In this document: piece after piece, positions 1-9,875 of the stretch
How positions within the stretch are numbered: position 1 is the first letter of the stretch
Layout: each line of letters starts with the position of its first letter
Source of the DNA: an uncultured Pseudomonadota bacterium
GTDB lineage: Bacteria; Oederibacteriota; Muellerivitia; Muellerivitales; Muellerivitaceae
DNA length: 64,000 bases
Direction: 5' to 3'
Assembly: GCA_963770835.1 (NCBI GenBank)
Contig: CAVYRH010000003.1
Coordinates: 128,001 to 192,000, forward strand
The notes under the pieces: model-generated
Told to the model about the DNA's origin: nothing
Seen by the model: only the letters and a program-made list of their open reading frames with translations
Database searches by the model: none
Translations under genes and position numbers: made by a program

Positions 1-294
1 TGGTTGGCCGCCCTCCAGAACCCCACTTATAAAGTCGAGGCTTCCAACAAAATTAAAGAGATTAATTCCGTCCTTTATGAAGGCCTAAAGGAGGCGATCC
101 AAGCTTTGGAGAATGCTCTTTTGGATATCGAGAAGGTCCGGCAACCGCGGGAAGTCCTGTCTTTCCGGGAATATCCTTTCTTCTGTTATCCGCCTGAAAT
201 GTTCACCGAAATGAAGGAAAAAATCCGTGAAACGGCCCACCAAGACGCACCAGCCGAAAACATAACCGCCGAGGCGATAAAACCCGTTTCGTAA
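1..294 (+). CDS. 3' end of a hypothetical protein (partial, runs off the window start)
   Basis: Open frame from the window edge to TAA at 292-294; no recognisable motif. Confidence 0.5.
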   Translation, partial: WLAALQNPTYKVEASNKIKEINSVLYEGLKEAIQALENALLDIEKVRQPREVLSFREYPFFCYPPEMFTEMKEKIRETAHQDAPAENITAEAIKPVS

Positions 295-405
295 GATGGA
301 TTGTTCTTTTTAGGATGATCCGCGGGATTAACGCTGTTGTGCCGTCTTTTTTTTGCCCAAAAAAATCAAAATGCGGCACAATCCTTCGATGAAATCGAGG
401 ACCGA

Positions 406-855
406 ATGGAAAAACCTGTTTTGGAAATAGAAGTGCTGCCGGGGAGTGAGGATTTGGGACTGCCTGCTTATGCCACCGAGGGCTCGGCGGGGCTGGATTT
501 GAAGGCCGCCTTGCCCGAACCCCTCACCTTGAAGCCAGGGGAGCGGGGCGTCGTGCCGACGGGCCTCAAAATGGCCATCCCCCGGGGTTTTGAGGGCTGC
601 GTGAGGCCCCGAAGCGGCCTGGCCATGAAACAGGGGCTGACCCTGACCAATTCACCGGGCACCATCGATTCCGACTACCGTGGGGAAGTGAAGGTGCTGG
701 TCATCAATTTAGGCCAAGCGCCTGTGACCCTCCAAAGGGGGGACCGCATCGCGCAGCTTCTTATTTCCCCCGTGGCCCACGCCCAAGTCGTCAAAGTGGA
801 ACGGGTGGACGACACCCACCGGGGCGAGGGCGGGTTCGGACACACTGGCCGATAA
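406..855 (+). CDS. dut: dUTP diphosphatase
   Basis: Motifs SAGLDL, PRSGLA, GTIDSDYRGE, RIAQL and RGEGGFGHTG; ATG 406 preceded by GAGG. Confidence 0.97.
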   Translation: MEKPVLEIEVLPGSEDLGLPAYATEGSAGLDLKAALPEPLTLKPGERGVVPTGLKMAIPRGFEGCVRPRSGLAMKQGLTLTNSPGTIDSDYRGEVKVLVINLGQAPVTLQRGDRIAQLLISPVAHAQVVKVERVDDTHRGEGGFGHTGR

Positions 856-859
856 CGCG

Positions 860-1066
860 GAGTTTTGAGTTTCGGAATAGTTTTCCTTCTCGCCTTAATG
901 TGTATAAGGCAAGAAGGAAAACTTCATTAACTCAGAACTCACACAGTTTTTCAAAACTAATGGGGCCTTCGGCCCCGCAATGAAAACTGTATCACCCTCG
1001 TTACCTTCATCGGCCTTCGGCCGATATGGATAAGGAAAACGAGGGCAACACTTCGAACTCAAAACC
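860..1066. repeat. Multi-hairpin element with heptamer (GAGTTTT/AAAACTC) arms
   Basis: Outer arms GTTTTGAGTT(T)CG and CGAACTCAAAAC enclose hairpins at 879-923, 943-990 and 995-1045. Confidence 0.65.
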
Positions 1067-1111
1067 GAAGCCGGGCTGAAGATATTTATCCTCAACAAAG
1101 GAATTCATTTA

Positions 1112-2167
1112 ATGCCCCTGGATCATATCCGCCCCGTCGGCTTCAATTTAGGCGGCTGGCTTTCCCAGTCGCCCCTGAGCGACGAACATATCCAAAGCTT
1201 CATCACCCAAGCGGATTTCAAGACCATCGCGGGTTGGGGTTTTAATTCCATCCGCCTCCCCGTGGACGGGCAATGGCTTTTTGAAAAAGAAGGGAAGGGG
1301 CCGCTTTCCAAAAAACGGCTGGCTTTTTTAAAGAAGGCATTGGGTTGGGCGGCGGAAGCCGGGCTTCTCACGATCCTGGATTTGCACCAAACCCCCTGGC
1401 ATTCCTTCGCCAAGCCCGAACTTGAAAATTTGTGGAAAAGCGAGGAAGATCTAAACGCTTTTTGCGGCGCTTGGGCGGAACTGGCCCATGCCCTCAAGCG
1501 GACGAAAGCGCCCCTTTGGTTCGACGTCTTAAACGAACCCACGGCCCGGAATCCGGAGGATTGGAACCACGCCGCATCCATGATTTTCCGGGTTTTGAGG
1601 ATGGAGGATCCCAAAAGGGTCCTGGTGATTGAATCGACCTTTTGGGGCTCGGTTTTCCGCCTGAGGGATTTAGCCGAGGCCGTCCAAGGGCCGAACCTGG
1701 TTTACAGCTTCCATTTTTACCTGCCGATGCTGCTGACCCACCAAAAGGCGCCTTGGTGGCAGGATGGAAAACCCTATTCGGAGGAAGTGCTGTATCCTGG
1801 GCCCCTCCCCAAGGCCCGGGAATACCTGGCCCAAGAGCTTCCGCCCAATGCGCGGGCAATCCTCCAATTTGAGGGAAGCAAAAACTGGAACCTGGAAGCG
1901 CTTCGGGACGTGTTGAAGCCGGTGGCGGAGCTGGCCAAAAACGGGAACCGGCTTTATTGCGGCGAGTTCGGGGTTTACGAAAAGGCCCCCCGCGCCGCCC
2001 GGTTGAATTGGACCCGGGACGTGGTGAGCCTCTTGGCCGAGATGAAGATGGGTTGGTCCTATTGGAATTATAAGTGGCTTGATTTCGGGGTTTGGCCCAA
2101 GTCGGGTGGGAATGAAACGGGCCCCTTGGACCAGGAAATGTTGGATATCCTAAAAACGGGAATTTAA
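1112..2167 (+). CDS. Glycoside hydrolase family 5 (cellulase-family), no signal peptide
   Basis: GFNLGGWLSQ start, GFNSIRLP, ILDLH, catalytic NEP and YCGEFG, SFHFY. Confidence 0.9.
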   Translation: MPLDHIRPVGFNLGGWLSQSPLSDEHIQSFITQADFKTIAGWGFNSIRLPVDGQWLFEKEGKGPLSKKRLAFLKKALGWAAEAGLLTILDLHQTPWHSFAKPELENLWKSEEDLNAFCGAWAELAHALKRTKAPLWFDVLNEPTARNPEDWNHAASMIFRVLRMEDPKRVLVIESTFWGSVFRLRDLAEAVQGPNLVYSFHFYLPMLLTHQKAPWWQDGKPYSEEVLYPGPLPKAREYLAQELPPNARAILQFEGSKNWNLEALRDVLKPVAELAKNGNRLYCGEFGVYEKAPRAARLNWTRDVVSLLAEMKMGWSYWNYKWLDFGVWPKSGGNETGPLDQEMLDILKTGI

Positions 2168-2170
2168 AAA

Positions 2171-4648
2171 ATGTTAACGACTCAGACAAAACCACAGCTA
2201 CCGCCAAGACGCCAAGACGCCAAGAAAAACTTGATTTTAAAACATGAAGCGAAACCGGCTGCTTTCCTTGCCCAAGGGTTTTGGCGTTTTGTTTTCCAAA
2301 GTGTAAAGCCGTACTTGGCGTCTTGGCGTCTTGGCGGTGGAAGTTTTTTTGCCTTGTTGTTGACGTTGTTCTTGGCCGGCTGCGGCGGCCGGATGGCCAT
2401 TAAACCCGGGGGAGGGCCCCAAGCCGCCGTGACTCCGGTAACCGCTGCCAAGCCCAAGGGTGGCCTCCAAGCGCCAGCCCTGGTGGATGTAAAAACTTCG
2501 GTGAGCGATACGGATTACCAGCAGGCTGTTTCCATCATTGGCGAGTCCGAGCCTAACCGCCGCAACGTCGAATCCTATCTTGTTATCGGCCAATACCAGT
2601 ACAACCACACCGACCTGGACTCGGCCCTCAAAACCTACCAAAAGATCCTTTTGATCGGCAGCGCTTCCGCCCAGCCGGACAAGGCGCAGTACATGGTGGG
2701 GCAGGTTTATTACGACAAGCAGGATTACCTTCCCGCCCTGGCGGCTTTCCAAAACATTTTGACCCGGTATCCCAATTCCAGTTACGCGGGCCAAAGCCGG
2801 CAAATGATGGACTTCATCCTGGACTATTCCCTCAACCTGGACGACCTCAAGCGCTACGTGGCGAATTATCCCGACTCCCCCCTGTTTTGCTCAGCCCTGT
2901 TCCAACTGGCCAGCCATGAGGCCCAGGGCGGCTATCAAAGCGACGCCATCGAGCATTTGAACCAGTTCCTCCAGCAATGCCCCCAGCATCCCTCGGTGGC
3001 GGCGGCCCAATTGCTGCTACAGGCCCAGCAAACCCAGGCCCAGGGCAAGACCTGGAAAATCGGCGTTTTGGTGCCCCGCACCGGGGCGTTCAAGACCTTC
3101 GGGGAATCGGTCCTCAACGGCATCACCCTGGCCGTGGAGCAGGCCAACCAGGGCGGGGGAAGCAAGAGGCACATGACCATCGTCGTCAAGGATACGGGGA
3201 GCGAGGGGATGAGGGCGGTCACCGAACTCCAGGACATGATCAAGGACGACAGCCTGGACGCGGTCATCGGGCCCGTAGCCCCCCCGGATATTCCGGCCGT
3301 GGCGGCATTGGCCAATGAGCACCATATCACCATGATCTGCCCCGCCTCCAGCCGCGACGGATTGTCCACCTTCGGCCCTTATATTTTCAGCAACAGCATG
3401 ACCAATGAAATGCAGGGCCGCGCCATCGCGCGTTACGCCGTCGATCACCTGGGGTTTAAAAAATTCGCCATCCTGTCGCCCGACGACTCCTACGGGCAAA
3501 CGCTCGCCGACGCCTTCGAGAAATCCGTGGATGCCACGGGCAACACGGTGACGGCCTGGGAAACCTATCCCAAGGGCTCGACCGACTACAAGCAACAGCT
3601 CCTGGATTTGGGCGGGCAGGACCCGGAGTCGTTCAAGGACAATACCCGGGAAAACACCCGCCGCCTGGAGGAGATGAAGTACAACATTACGAAGGAGATC
3701 GGGAAGATCTTCCTGAAGGTGAAGGACCTTTCGGACAATTCGGGCGTGGAGGCCGCCGCCACGCCGGGGGCCGCTTACGCGCCCATGGTGGAGGGCCTTT
3801 CCAATACCGCCTGCCCCTCGGTGGTCCAGGATATCGACGCCGCCGTCAGGGATGCCTTGAAAAACCAGACCGGTGTTGCCGTGCGAAGCGATGACTTGGT
3901 AAAACAGTCCATGAGCCGCCTGCCGGTGGAATTGAAGGGAAGCACCCTCACCGCCACGGCCGAGCAATGGAACGAGGTGGCGCAGGACCTTCAGGCTTCC
4001 ATCCTCATTACCGGCCATATCGTCGAGCCCACGCCGGAGAACGACTGGACCAACCATCCCACCTGGGATTACAACGTCCATTTCGAAGCTTTCTGGGTGG
4101 ACCCGAAGGCCGGCAGCTTGGTGAAAATCTACCAGAGCAAACTGCCTTACAGCCTTTTCAAACCTTCGGCGCTGATCCGGGGCAACGCCACCTACCAGGC
4201 CCTTTACCTTCCGGCCCACGCGGCGGAAATTCCCCTTTTGACCTCCCAAATCCACTTTTACGACTTGAATCCGGTCTTCCTGGGGGGGCATCTTTGGGAC
4301 AACCCGACGGTCCTGCAGGAGACAGCGAAGGACATGGAAGGCTCCTATTTCGTGACGGGTTTTTACATGAATAGCCAGCAGGCCACGGCCAAGAAGTTCT
4401 CGGACGATTTCCTGAACAAGTTCTCCAAACAGCCGGATTTGCTGGCCGCCCAGTCCTTTGACGCGGCCCGCCTGCTTTTGCAGGCCGCCGACCTTTCCTC
4501 CAACCGGGAGGATATCCGCAGCAACCTCATGGCCATCCGGGATTTCGACGGGGTCAGCGGCAAGACCACCTTCGGCGGCCACGGCGAGGCGGATAAGCTG
4601 GTGCCGGTCATCCAGATCAAGGATGGGAAGTACAACCAGGTTCAATAG
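2171..4648 (+). CDS. LpoA/LppC-like lipoprotein (TPR repeats + type I periplasmic binding fold); true start uncertain (possibly TTG 2231 or 2315)
   Basis: Lipobox FLAGC, TPR/YbgF-like repeats (AQYMVGQVYY...YPNS), KIGVLVP..G, AQSFDA, FDGVSGKTTF. Confidence 0.75.
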   Translation: MLTTQTKPQLPPRRQDAKKNLILKHEAKPAAFLAQGFWRFVFQSVKPYLASWRLGGGSFFALLLTLFLAGCGGRMAIKPGGGPQAAVTPVTAAKPKGGLQAPALVDVKTSVSDTDYQQAVSIIGESEPNRRNVESYLVIGQYQYNHTDLDSALKTYQKILLIGSASAQPDKAQYMVGQVYYDKQDYLPALAAFQNILTRYPNSSYAGQSRQMMDFILDYSLNLDDLKRYVANYPDSPLFCSALFQLASHEAQGGYQSDAIEHLNQFLQQCPQHPSVAAAQLLLQAQQTQAQGKTWKIGVLVPRTGAFKTFGESVLNGITLAVEQANQGGGSKRHMTIVVKDTGSEGMRAVTELQDMIKDDSLDAVIGPVAPPDIPAVAALANEHHITMICPASSRDGLSTFGPYIFSNSMTNEMQGRAIARYAVDHLGFKKFAILSPDDSYGQTLADAFEKSVDATGNTVTAWETYPKGSTDYKQQLLDLGGQDPESFKDNTRENTRRLEEMKYNITKEIGKIFLKVKDLSDNSGVEAAATPGAAYAPMVEGLSNTACPSVVQDIDAAVRDALKNQTGVAVRSDDLVKQSMSRLPVELKGSTLTATAEQWNEVAQDLQASILITGHIVEPTPENDWTNHPTWDYNVHFEAFWVDPKAGSLVKIYQSKLPYSLFKPSALIRGNATYQALYLPAHAAEIPLLTSQIHFYDLNPVFLGGHLWDNPTVLQETAKDMEGSYFVTGFYMNSQQATAKKFSDDFLNKFSKQPDLLAAQSFDAARLLLQAADLSSNREDIRSNLMAIRDFDGVSGKTTFGGHGEADKLVPVIQIKDGKYNQVQ
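2200..2338. repeat. Palindromic element with (CGCCAAGA)n arms
   Basis: ACCGCCAAGACGCCAAGACGCCAAG (2200-2224) is the perfect 25-bp inverted repeat of 2314-2338. Confidence 0.85.
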
Positions 4649-4649
4649 G

Positions 4650-4756
4650 AAGTTTTGAGTGTTGAGTTTTTAGTTTTGAGTTAAGGTAAATTGTTTTAAT
4701 GTTTGATTAAAACAATCTGTCAATAACTCAGAACTCATAACTTAGAACTCGAAACT
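4650..4756. repeat. Heptamer-arm palindromic element
   Basis: (GAGTTTT)-like tandem left arm, (AACTCAG/AAACTC)-like right arm, inner hairpin ATTGTTTTAAT..ATTAAAACAAT. Confidence 0.75.
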
Positions 4757-4772
4757 GAATTGGAGCTTTCAC

Positions 4773-6257
4773 TTGAGCGACAATACAAAGTTCGGCCCAC
4801 CCAAAGGCATGCGCGACTGGCTTCCCCAGGAAACCCTCCTCCGCCAAAAGCTCATCCGCCTCATTGAACACCACTACCAGCTTTATGGATTCCAGCCCAT
4901 TGATACCCCTGTGATGGAAAACATCGAAGTGTTGCAGGGAAAGGGCGGGGGAGACAATGAGAAGTTGATGTTTAGAATTATGAAAAGGGGGGATGAACTT
5001 TTTAAATATTTTGGCGGAATGGCAATAGACATTATTCAAAGGTTTACTGAGCAAGTACAAAATAAGAAAATTATTTTCGAAGAAATTGAAAATCCTGTCA
5101 CACCCAAGTGGTTTTCGGAAAATATGAATGATGAGGAAATAAAGGAAGTACTGAACGAAATACCAGATATGGGCCTCCGATTCGATCTCACTGTCCCCTT
5201 GGCCCGCTACTATTCCAACCACTCGAATGACCTTCCCAAACCTTTTCGTTGTTACCACATCGGCCCCGTCTGGCGGGCTGACCGGCCCCAGAAGGGCCGT
5301 TTCCGCGAGTTCTACCAATGCGACATCGATATTATCGGCGGGAATTCCGACGCCTACGAGGTTGAACTACTCCTAGCCACTGACCGGGTTCTGAAGGAAC
5401 TCAACGTCGGAAAGTTCAAAATCCGCATTAGCGACAAGCGGCTCTTGCCGGACCTCTTAATTGGAATGGGAGTTGAGACCTCCAAGGTCGCTGGCGTGGC
5501 CGGGGCCCTTGATAAATTGGATAAACAACCCAAAGAAGAAGTTTGGAAAGAGATCGAAGCTTTAGGCCACTCCTTAGAAGTCTTGAATAAGGTGGATGGC
5601 TTCCTCAAAAACGCGCTGAACAAGGAAGTGGACCCGGTTCATTTCAAGATCGGCCAGACCGAGAAACTTTGGCTGAACATTGAATCCATCCGCCAAAGGG
5701 TGCACGCCGTGAACCCCGAAGCCAACGTGGTGTTCGATCCTCTCTTAGTGCGGGGCTTTGATTACTACACCGGCCCGGTTTTCGAGATCAACGTGGAAAG
5801 CAAGGACTTCACTTTTTCCATCGGAGGTGGCGGTCGATATGACGGCCTCATTGAAAAGCTGGGCGGGCCGAAGGGAACCCCAGCGGTTGGGATTTCATTG
5901 GGGTTTGAGCGGATTCTTCTTGTCCTGGCGGAAAAGCAGAAATCGGAAACCCAATCCCACCCTCCCAGGGTGTTCATTGCCAATAACGACAAACCCGAGA
6001 AAGAAATTCTGGAACTGGCCGAACAATTGCGGTCCGAGGGAATCCAAGTGGAAGCATCCTTGGAAAGCAATAAGAAGCTGGGTCAACAGCTTGAAGCGGC
6101 CCAAAAGAACGGTATCGAATACGCCATCATCGACTTTCAATCCGCAGGAATTAAATCCTACAAAGTCCGTAAGCTTTCCACTCGTGAGGACAGGGAAATG
6201 CCCCTGGCCGAGCTTTACGACATCATGAAGCGCTTATCGGAGGAAATAGAGGACTAA
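4773..6257 (+). CDS. hisS: Histidine--tRNA ligase
   Basis: PKGMRD, LRFDLTVPLARY, WRADRPQKGRFREFYQCDID, RGFDYYTG, GGGRYD, GFER. Confidence 0.97.
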   Translation: MSDNTKFGPPKGMRDWLPQETLLRQKLIRLIEHHYQLYGFQPIDTPVMENIEVLQGKGGGDNEKLMFRIMKRGDELFKYFGGMAIDIIQRFTEQVQNKKIIFEEIENPVTPKWFSENMNDEEIKEVLNEIPDMGLRFDLTVPLARYYSNHSNDLPKPFRCYHIGPVWRADRPQKGRFREFYQCDIDIIGGNSDAYEVELLLATDRVLKELNVGKFKIRISDKRLLPDLLIGMGVETSKVAGVAGALDKLDKQPKEEVWKEIEALGHSLEVLNKVDGFLKNALNKEVDPVHFKIGQTEKLWLNIESIRQRVHAVNPEANVVFDPLLVRGFDYYTGPVFEINVESKDFTFSIGGGGRYDGLIEKLGGPKGTPAVGISLGFERILLVLAEKQKSETQSHPPRVFIANNDKPEKEILELAEQLRSEGIQVEASLESNKKLGQQLEAAQKNGIEYAIIDFQSAGIKSYKVRKLSTREDREMPLAELYDIMKRLSEEIED

Positions 6258-6301
6258 TTCTGGTAGTGCATCAGCTTTGATTCGCAACAAGCCTTCGACA
6301 T

Positions 6302-6384
6302 CCCTCACCCTTCCCTCTCCCGCAAGGGGCGAGGGTTTTCGTGAGGTTTCCCCTCTCCCTCGACGGGAGAGGGCGGGGTGAGGG
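6302..6384. repeat. REP-like CCCTCACCC...GGGTGAGGG double-hairpin element, copy 1
   Basis: Near-identical to 60306-60390; reverse orientation of 17244-17329 and 18219-18303. Confidence 0.9.
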
Positions 6385-7139
6385 TGAAACGGGTTAATGC
6401 TTTCAAACTGAGACACTACCCTAATTCTGGTTATTTGGAGGTTACATATGCCAGTCACTATCGAAGAAGTTTTGGCGCTCCTGCTGGAAAAGTTCCCCGG
6501 CGTCCAGGAAATCCCCCTCAAGAATATCCGTTTCGACCCGGAAAACCCCGGCACCCCCATTACGGACGAACAAATCCAGGATCTGGTCGATGACATGGCC
6601 AAAAGGGGTTTGCAGAATCCCATCCAGGTGTGTCTGTATAAGCCCGACCCCCTGGCCCGAGGCGCACAAGCCGAAGGCCAAGCTTTGGGTGTGCCGGGGC
6701 AAGGGGCGGAGCCCCAAAATGGCCCCGGCCCCCTGGCGCCCGGGGTGGCCCTGCATCAGGACAACCCCCGGATTAAGGCGGATGGCACCCCCTGGATGCT
6801 GGAGGATTTCAATTGGATGACCCTGACCGGGGAGGGGCGGTCCCGGGCCGCCTTAAGGCTCAAGTGGGAGACCATAAAGGGCTTTGTCGGGAAGCCGACG
6901 CAGGAAGAGGCCGTCAAGATCACCTATTGGGACAATAAAATCAGGTATAGGGGGGACTGGTGGCCGGACTACCACACCATTGAGAGGCTGATAAAGGCCA
7001 ACCCAAACATGACCCAAAGGCAGATTGCCGACGAAATGAAGATGGATAAGGAAAGAGTTAATTGGGCCATCCGGCTTCTGCCACTTCTGAACCCGGAAGC
7101 CAGGGCATTGATTGTACGGATTCCGTACAATTCAAATAA

Positions 7140-8431
7140 GGGCACCTCTAAAAATTCTGTTTGAAGGCTTTACGGTCACCTCAAACCAGTTTGCAACCCT
7201 CAACCAAAGGAGTTCGTGGAAATTTTTGGCCCGGAATCTCCCTTCGGCTACTCCCAGAACCTTTCCTTAGCCCCCAAAGTCTTTAAAATCTATGCGTTCA
7301 CTGCCTCCGGACGCATTCGTCCCATTAAGTACGTAAATCGCTGCATGTTGTAAGCCAGGTTCCGCATTCCTATCTTCATCCGGGCCCTCACCTTGCCCAC
7401 CACCCTCAACCAGTTTCCACCCATCGCCGTTTCCATGTGCCCGAACACATGCTCGACTCTCGCCCGAACCTTGGACCGCATCTTGTTCAACTTTTCCTGG
7501 AACTCCGTCATGGGATGATTCCGATTCGACTTGTAATGAATCTGGTTGTTATATCGCCTGCGCTTCAAGGTCTTGTTCTTCTTCTGTGACCGGTATGCGC
7601 TGTCTGCCCACACCTTCTTGCGGTTCTCCACGTCCAACAACTCCTCGAAAACCTCCCGGTCGGGTACCGAAGCCGCCGTCACCTCAAACTTCCGGACCAG
7701 CTTGTGTTTCTTATCCACGTTGATATGGTTCTTGTACCCGTAGTGATTCACGCCGTTTTTTTGCACCCATCTCGCATCCACGTCTTTTTGCCTCATCTTA
7801 TCGGTATCCCCCTTCCACTCCTGAGGTGTTTCCCCCTTCTTGATCTGGCCGTTTTCGTCTTTGGTGTTCCTCTGCCGGGGCACTTCCACTATCGAAGCAT
7901 CGATGATCTGCCCTTCCTGGGCCTTCAGCCCGACCCGATCCAGGTGCCGGTTGAATTTCCCGAACAACTGGTCAATCCAGCCGCCTTGGGCCAGCTTGTT
8001 GCGGTATAACCAGATGGTCTTGGCATCCGGCACATCCTTATCCATACCCAGCCCCAAAAACCTCATGAAACTCAGCCGGTCCTGGATATGGAATTGTGTC
8101 CTTTCGTCCGCCAGGTTGTATAGGGCCTGTAAAACTAGCACCTTGAACATTAGTACTTCATCGTACGGGGTACGCCCCGCCTCGCTTTTGCGTTCCTTAT
8201 CGCGTAATGCCTTGCGCAACATACTGCGGAAATCCTCCCAGGGCACTACTCGGTTCAAGGCTTCCAGCGGGTCCCCCATTTCATCCAGGGATTTCAAGCG
8301 GTCTTGAAGGTCGAAGAATCCGGTTTGGCCCATTGCGGCACCTCGTTCAAGGATTTTTCAGCGTTTTCACGCGCTGTTTTCTCCTTGTACCTCCTTCACT
8401 TCGTCTCTACAACCAATTTTTAGACGTGCCC
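7140..8431 (-). mobile_element. IS5-family insertion sequence (1292 bp)
   Basis: 17-bp terminal IRs GGGCACCTCTAAAAATT / AATTTTTAGACGTGCCC (1 mismatch); 4-bp TSD ATAA at 7136-7139 and 8432-8435. Confidence 0.93.
7290..8333 (-). CDS. IS5-family DDE transposase
   Basis: GRTPYD, DRLSFMRFLG, IIDASIV, GYKNH, WADSAY, RARVEHVFG. Confidence 0.95.
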   Translation of the reverse strand: MGQTGFFDLQDRLKSLDEMGDPLEALNRVVPWEDFRSMLRKALRDKERKSEAGRTPYDEVLMFKVLVLQALYNLADERTQFHIQDRLSFMRFLGLGMDKDVPDAKTIWLYRNKLAQGGWIDQLFGKFNRHLDRVGLKAQEGQIIDASIVEVPRQRNTKDENGQIKKGETPQEWKGDTDKMRQKDVDARWVQKNGVNHYGYKNHINVDKKHKLVRKFEVTAASVPDREVFEELLDVENRKKVWADSAYRSQKKNKTLKRRRYNNQIHYKSNRNHPMTEFQEKLNKMRSKVRARVEHVFGHMETAMGGNWLRVVGKVRARMKIGMRNLAYNMQRFTYLMGRMRPEAVNA

Positions 8432-9875
8432 ATAAGGGAAATAAGGGCATTTCCGAGTCGGCAGCCGCCCAACTGGCCGGATTAGGCCCCGATAGAGGTC
8501 TCAAGCCGGGGGTGAAGGCGGCCGGGGTCGAAACCCAGAAGCTATGGCCATATCCCCCCATCCCCCCCGAAACCAAGGACATGGTCCGGCGGACCTTGGG
8601 GGTCGCCATCGACCAGCAGCTGACCGAGGCAGGGGTAAAGGGCCTGGTGGGCTTTGTTCAAGACGGCCATAAGCCCGAGGACTATGGTTCTGGGAGCAAA
8701 GAGGCGGATAAGCCGGTTCCAAAAAAGGGAAAAAACCAACAGCCCGAATATAAGCCAGTTCCTATCGACAGAATGCGGATAAATCTAATTTGGACCTTCG
8801 AACCTCTTCAACCGGCCGAAATTGAACGGAAGGCCCTCTCCATGAAACTAACGGGGTTTGTTAAAGAAATCATGGTCCGAACCCTTTTGGATGAGGAACG
8901 GGCGGCTGACCCGGACCATGATTTTGAGGTATTCGACGGTGTGGATACATTTGAAGCGGCGAAAAAATTGGGTATGCCGACGCTTCAAGCCTACGTGTAT
9001 TCCGATATGGATCAATGGGGGGCCATTGGGGTCCTCAATATGCTGAGCCGTGTTACCAGAACCAATACATGGATTGATACTTTTGGCGCTATAGAAAAAC
9101 TTTTAGAGCTTGATCCAAAAAGCACGGTGACTGACGAGGCCATAGCGTTAGGGGAAGATCCGGCCCTGGCAAAAGAAATCTTTCCGGTCATGGTTCTTCT
9201 CAATAAAGCCGCGAGGAACGCGATCATGCAAAGCATCTACAAGTGCCATGAGGGAAGAATGGATAACGGCGGTTATCGGTTTGTTGAGGAATTATCCATA
9301 CCCCTAATTCGCCTGGAAAAATTCTCTAAAGATTTAACGGAAACCCAAGCCCTCGTCGAAAAGGTCGTCAATGTCGCCATTGAAAACGAAATGGGTGAAG
9401 ACGAAATCGAAGAACTTGTGGATTGGGCTTTGGATGGCAAAGACCCCGGGGAATATTTTGTAAAAGAGGCCTGAGGATTAAGTTGCGGGATACGAAAGGG
9501 TTAGGCCAAGGCAGAAAGCCTGTTTTAATTTTTTGTTTAAAGCTGGCGTAATAGGTTATCGAGGTTTTTATGAACGAAAGAATTTCAAGTTTTGATGAAT
9601 TTAATCAGCGCCGCGAATTATGGTACAAGTGCCTTTGCGGCGATGACTCCAATTCAATAGTAAATCAAATGACTCGAATGACATGGAATTCTGCTGTTTG
9701 GAGATTTATTATCGAATGTCGGAAAATAGGACCACGAGACTCAAATAATAGAATTCAATTAAATGGGATGATTTCAAGATTTGTTGACGAATGTTTTGTT
9801 GAAAATCAATTGTTACATATTCGTCGCTTGGTTGACGGTTACTCAATTGACGATGATCCCAATAAGGATGTTTAT

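Larger units (their letters stand above)
6448..9474 (+). pseudogene. Tandem ParB/Srx-like domain protein (about 576 aa reconstructed) interrupted by IS5
   Basis: ParB-like N-terminus (IPLKNIRFDPENP..GLQNPI..GEGR.RA), HTH (MTQRQIADEMKM), second ParB-like domain; removing the IS plus one ATAA joins 6448-7139 in frame with 8436-9474. Confidence 0.8.

Noticed and set aside
3017..4645. Long antisense ORFs (here and opposite pyrC, phoH, the NHL genes and wzc)
   Set aside because: Shadow frames expected from GC-rich codon bias opposite clear genes
4985..5165. Intein in hisS
   Set aside because: Too short and lacks Cys/Ser start and His-Asn end motifs
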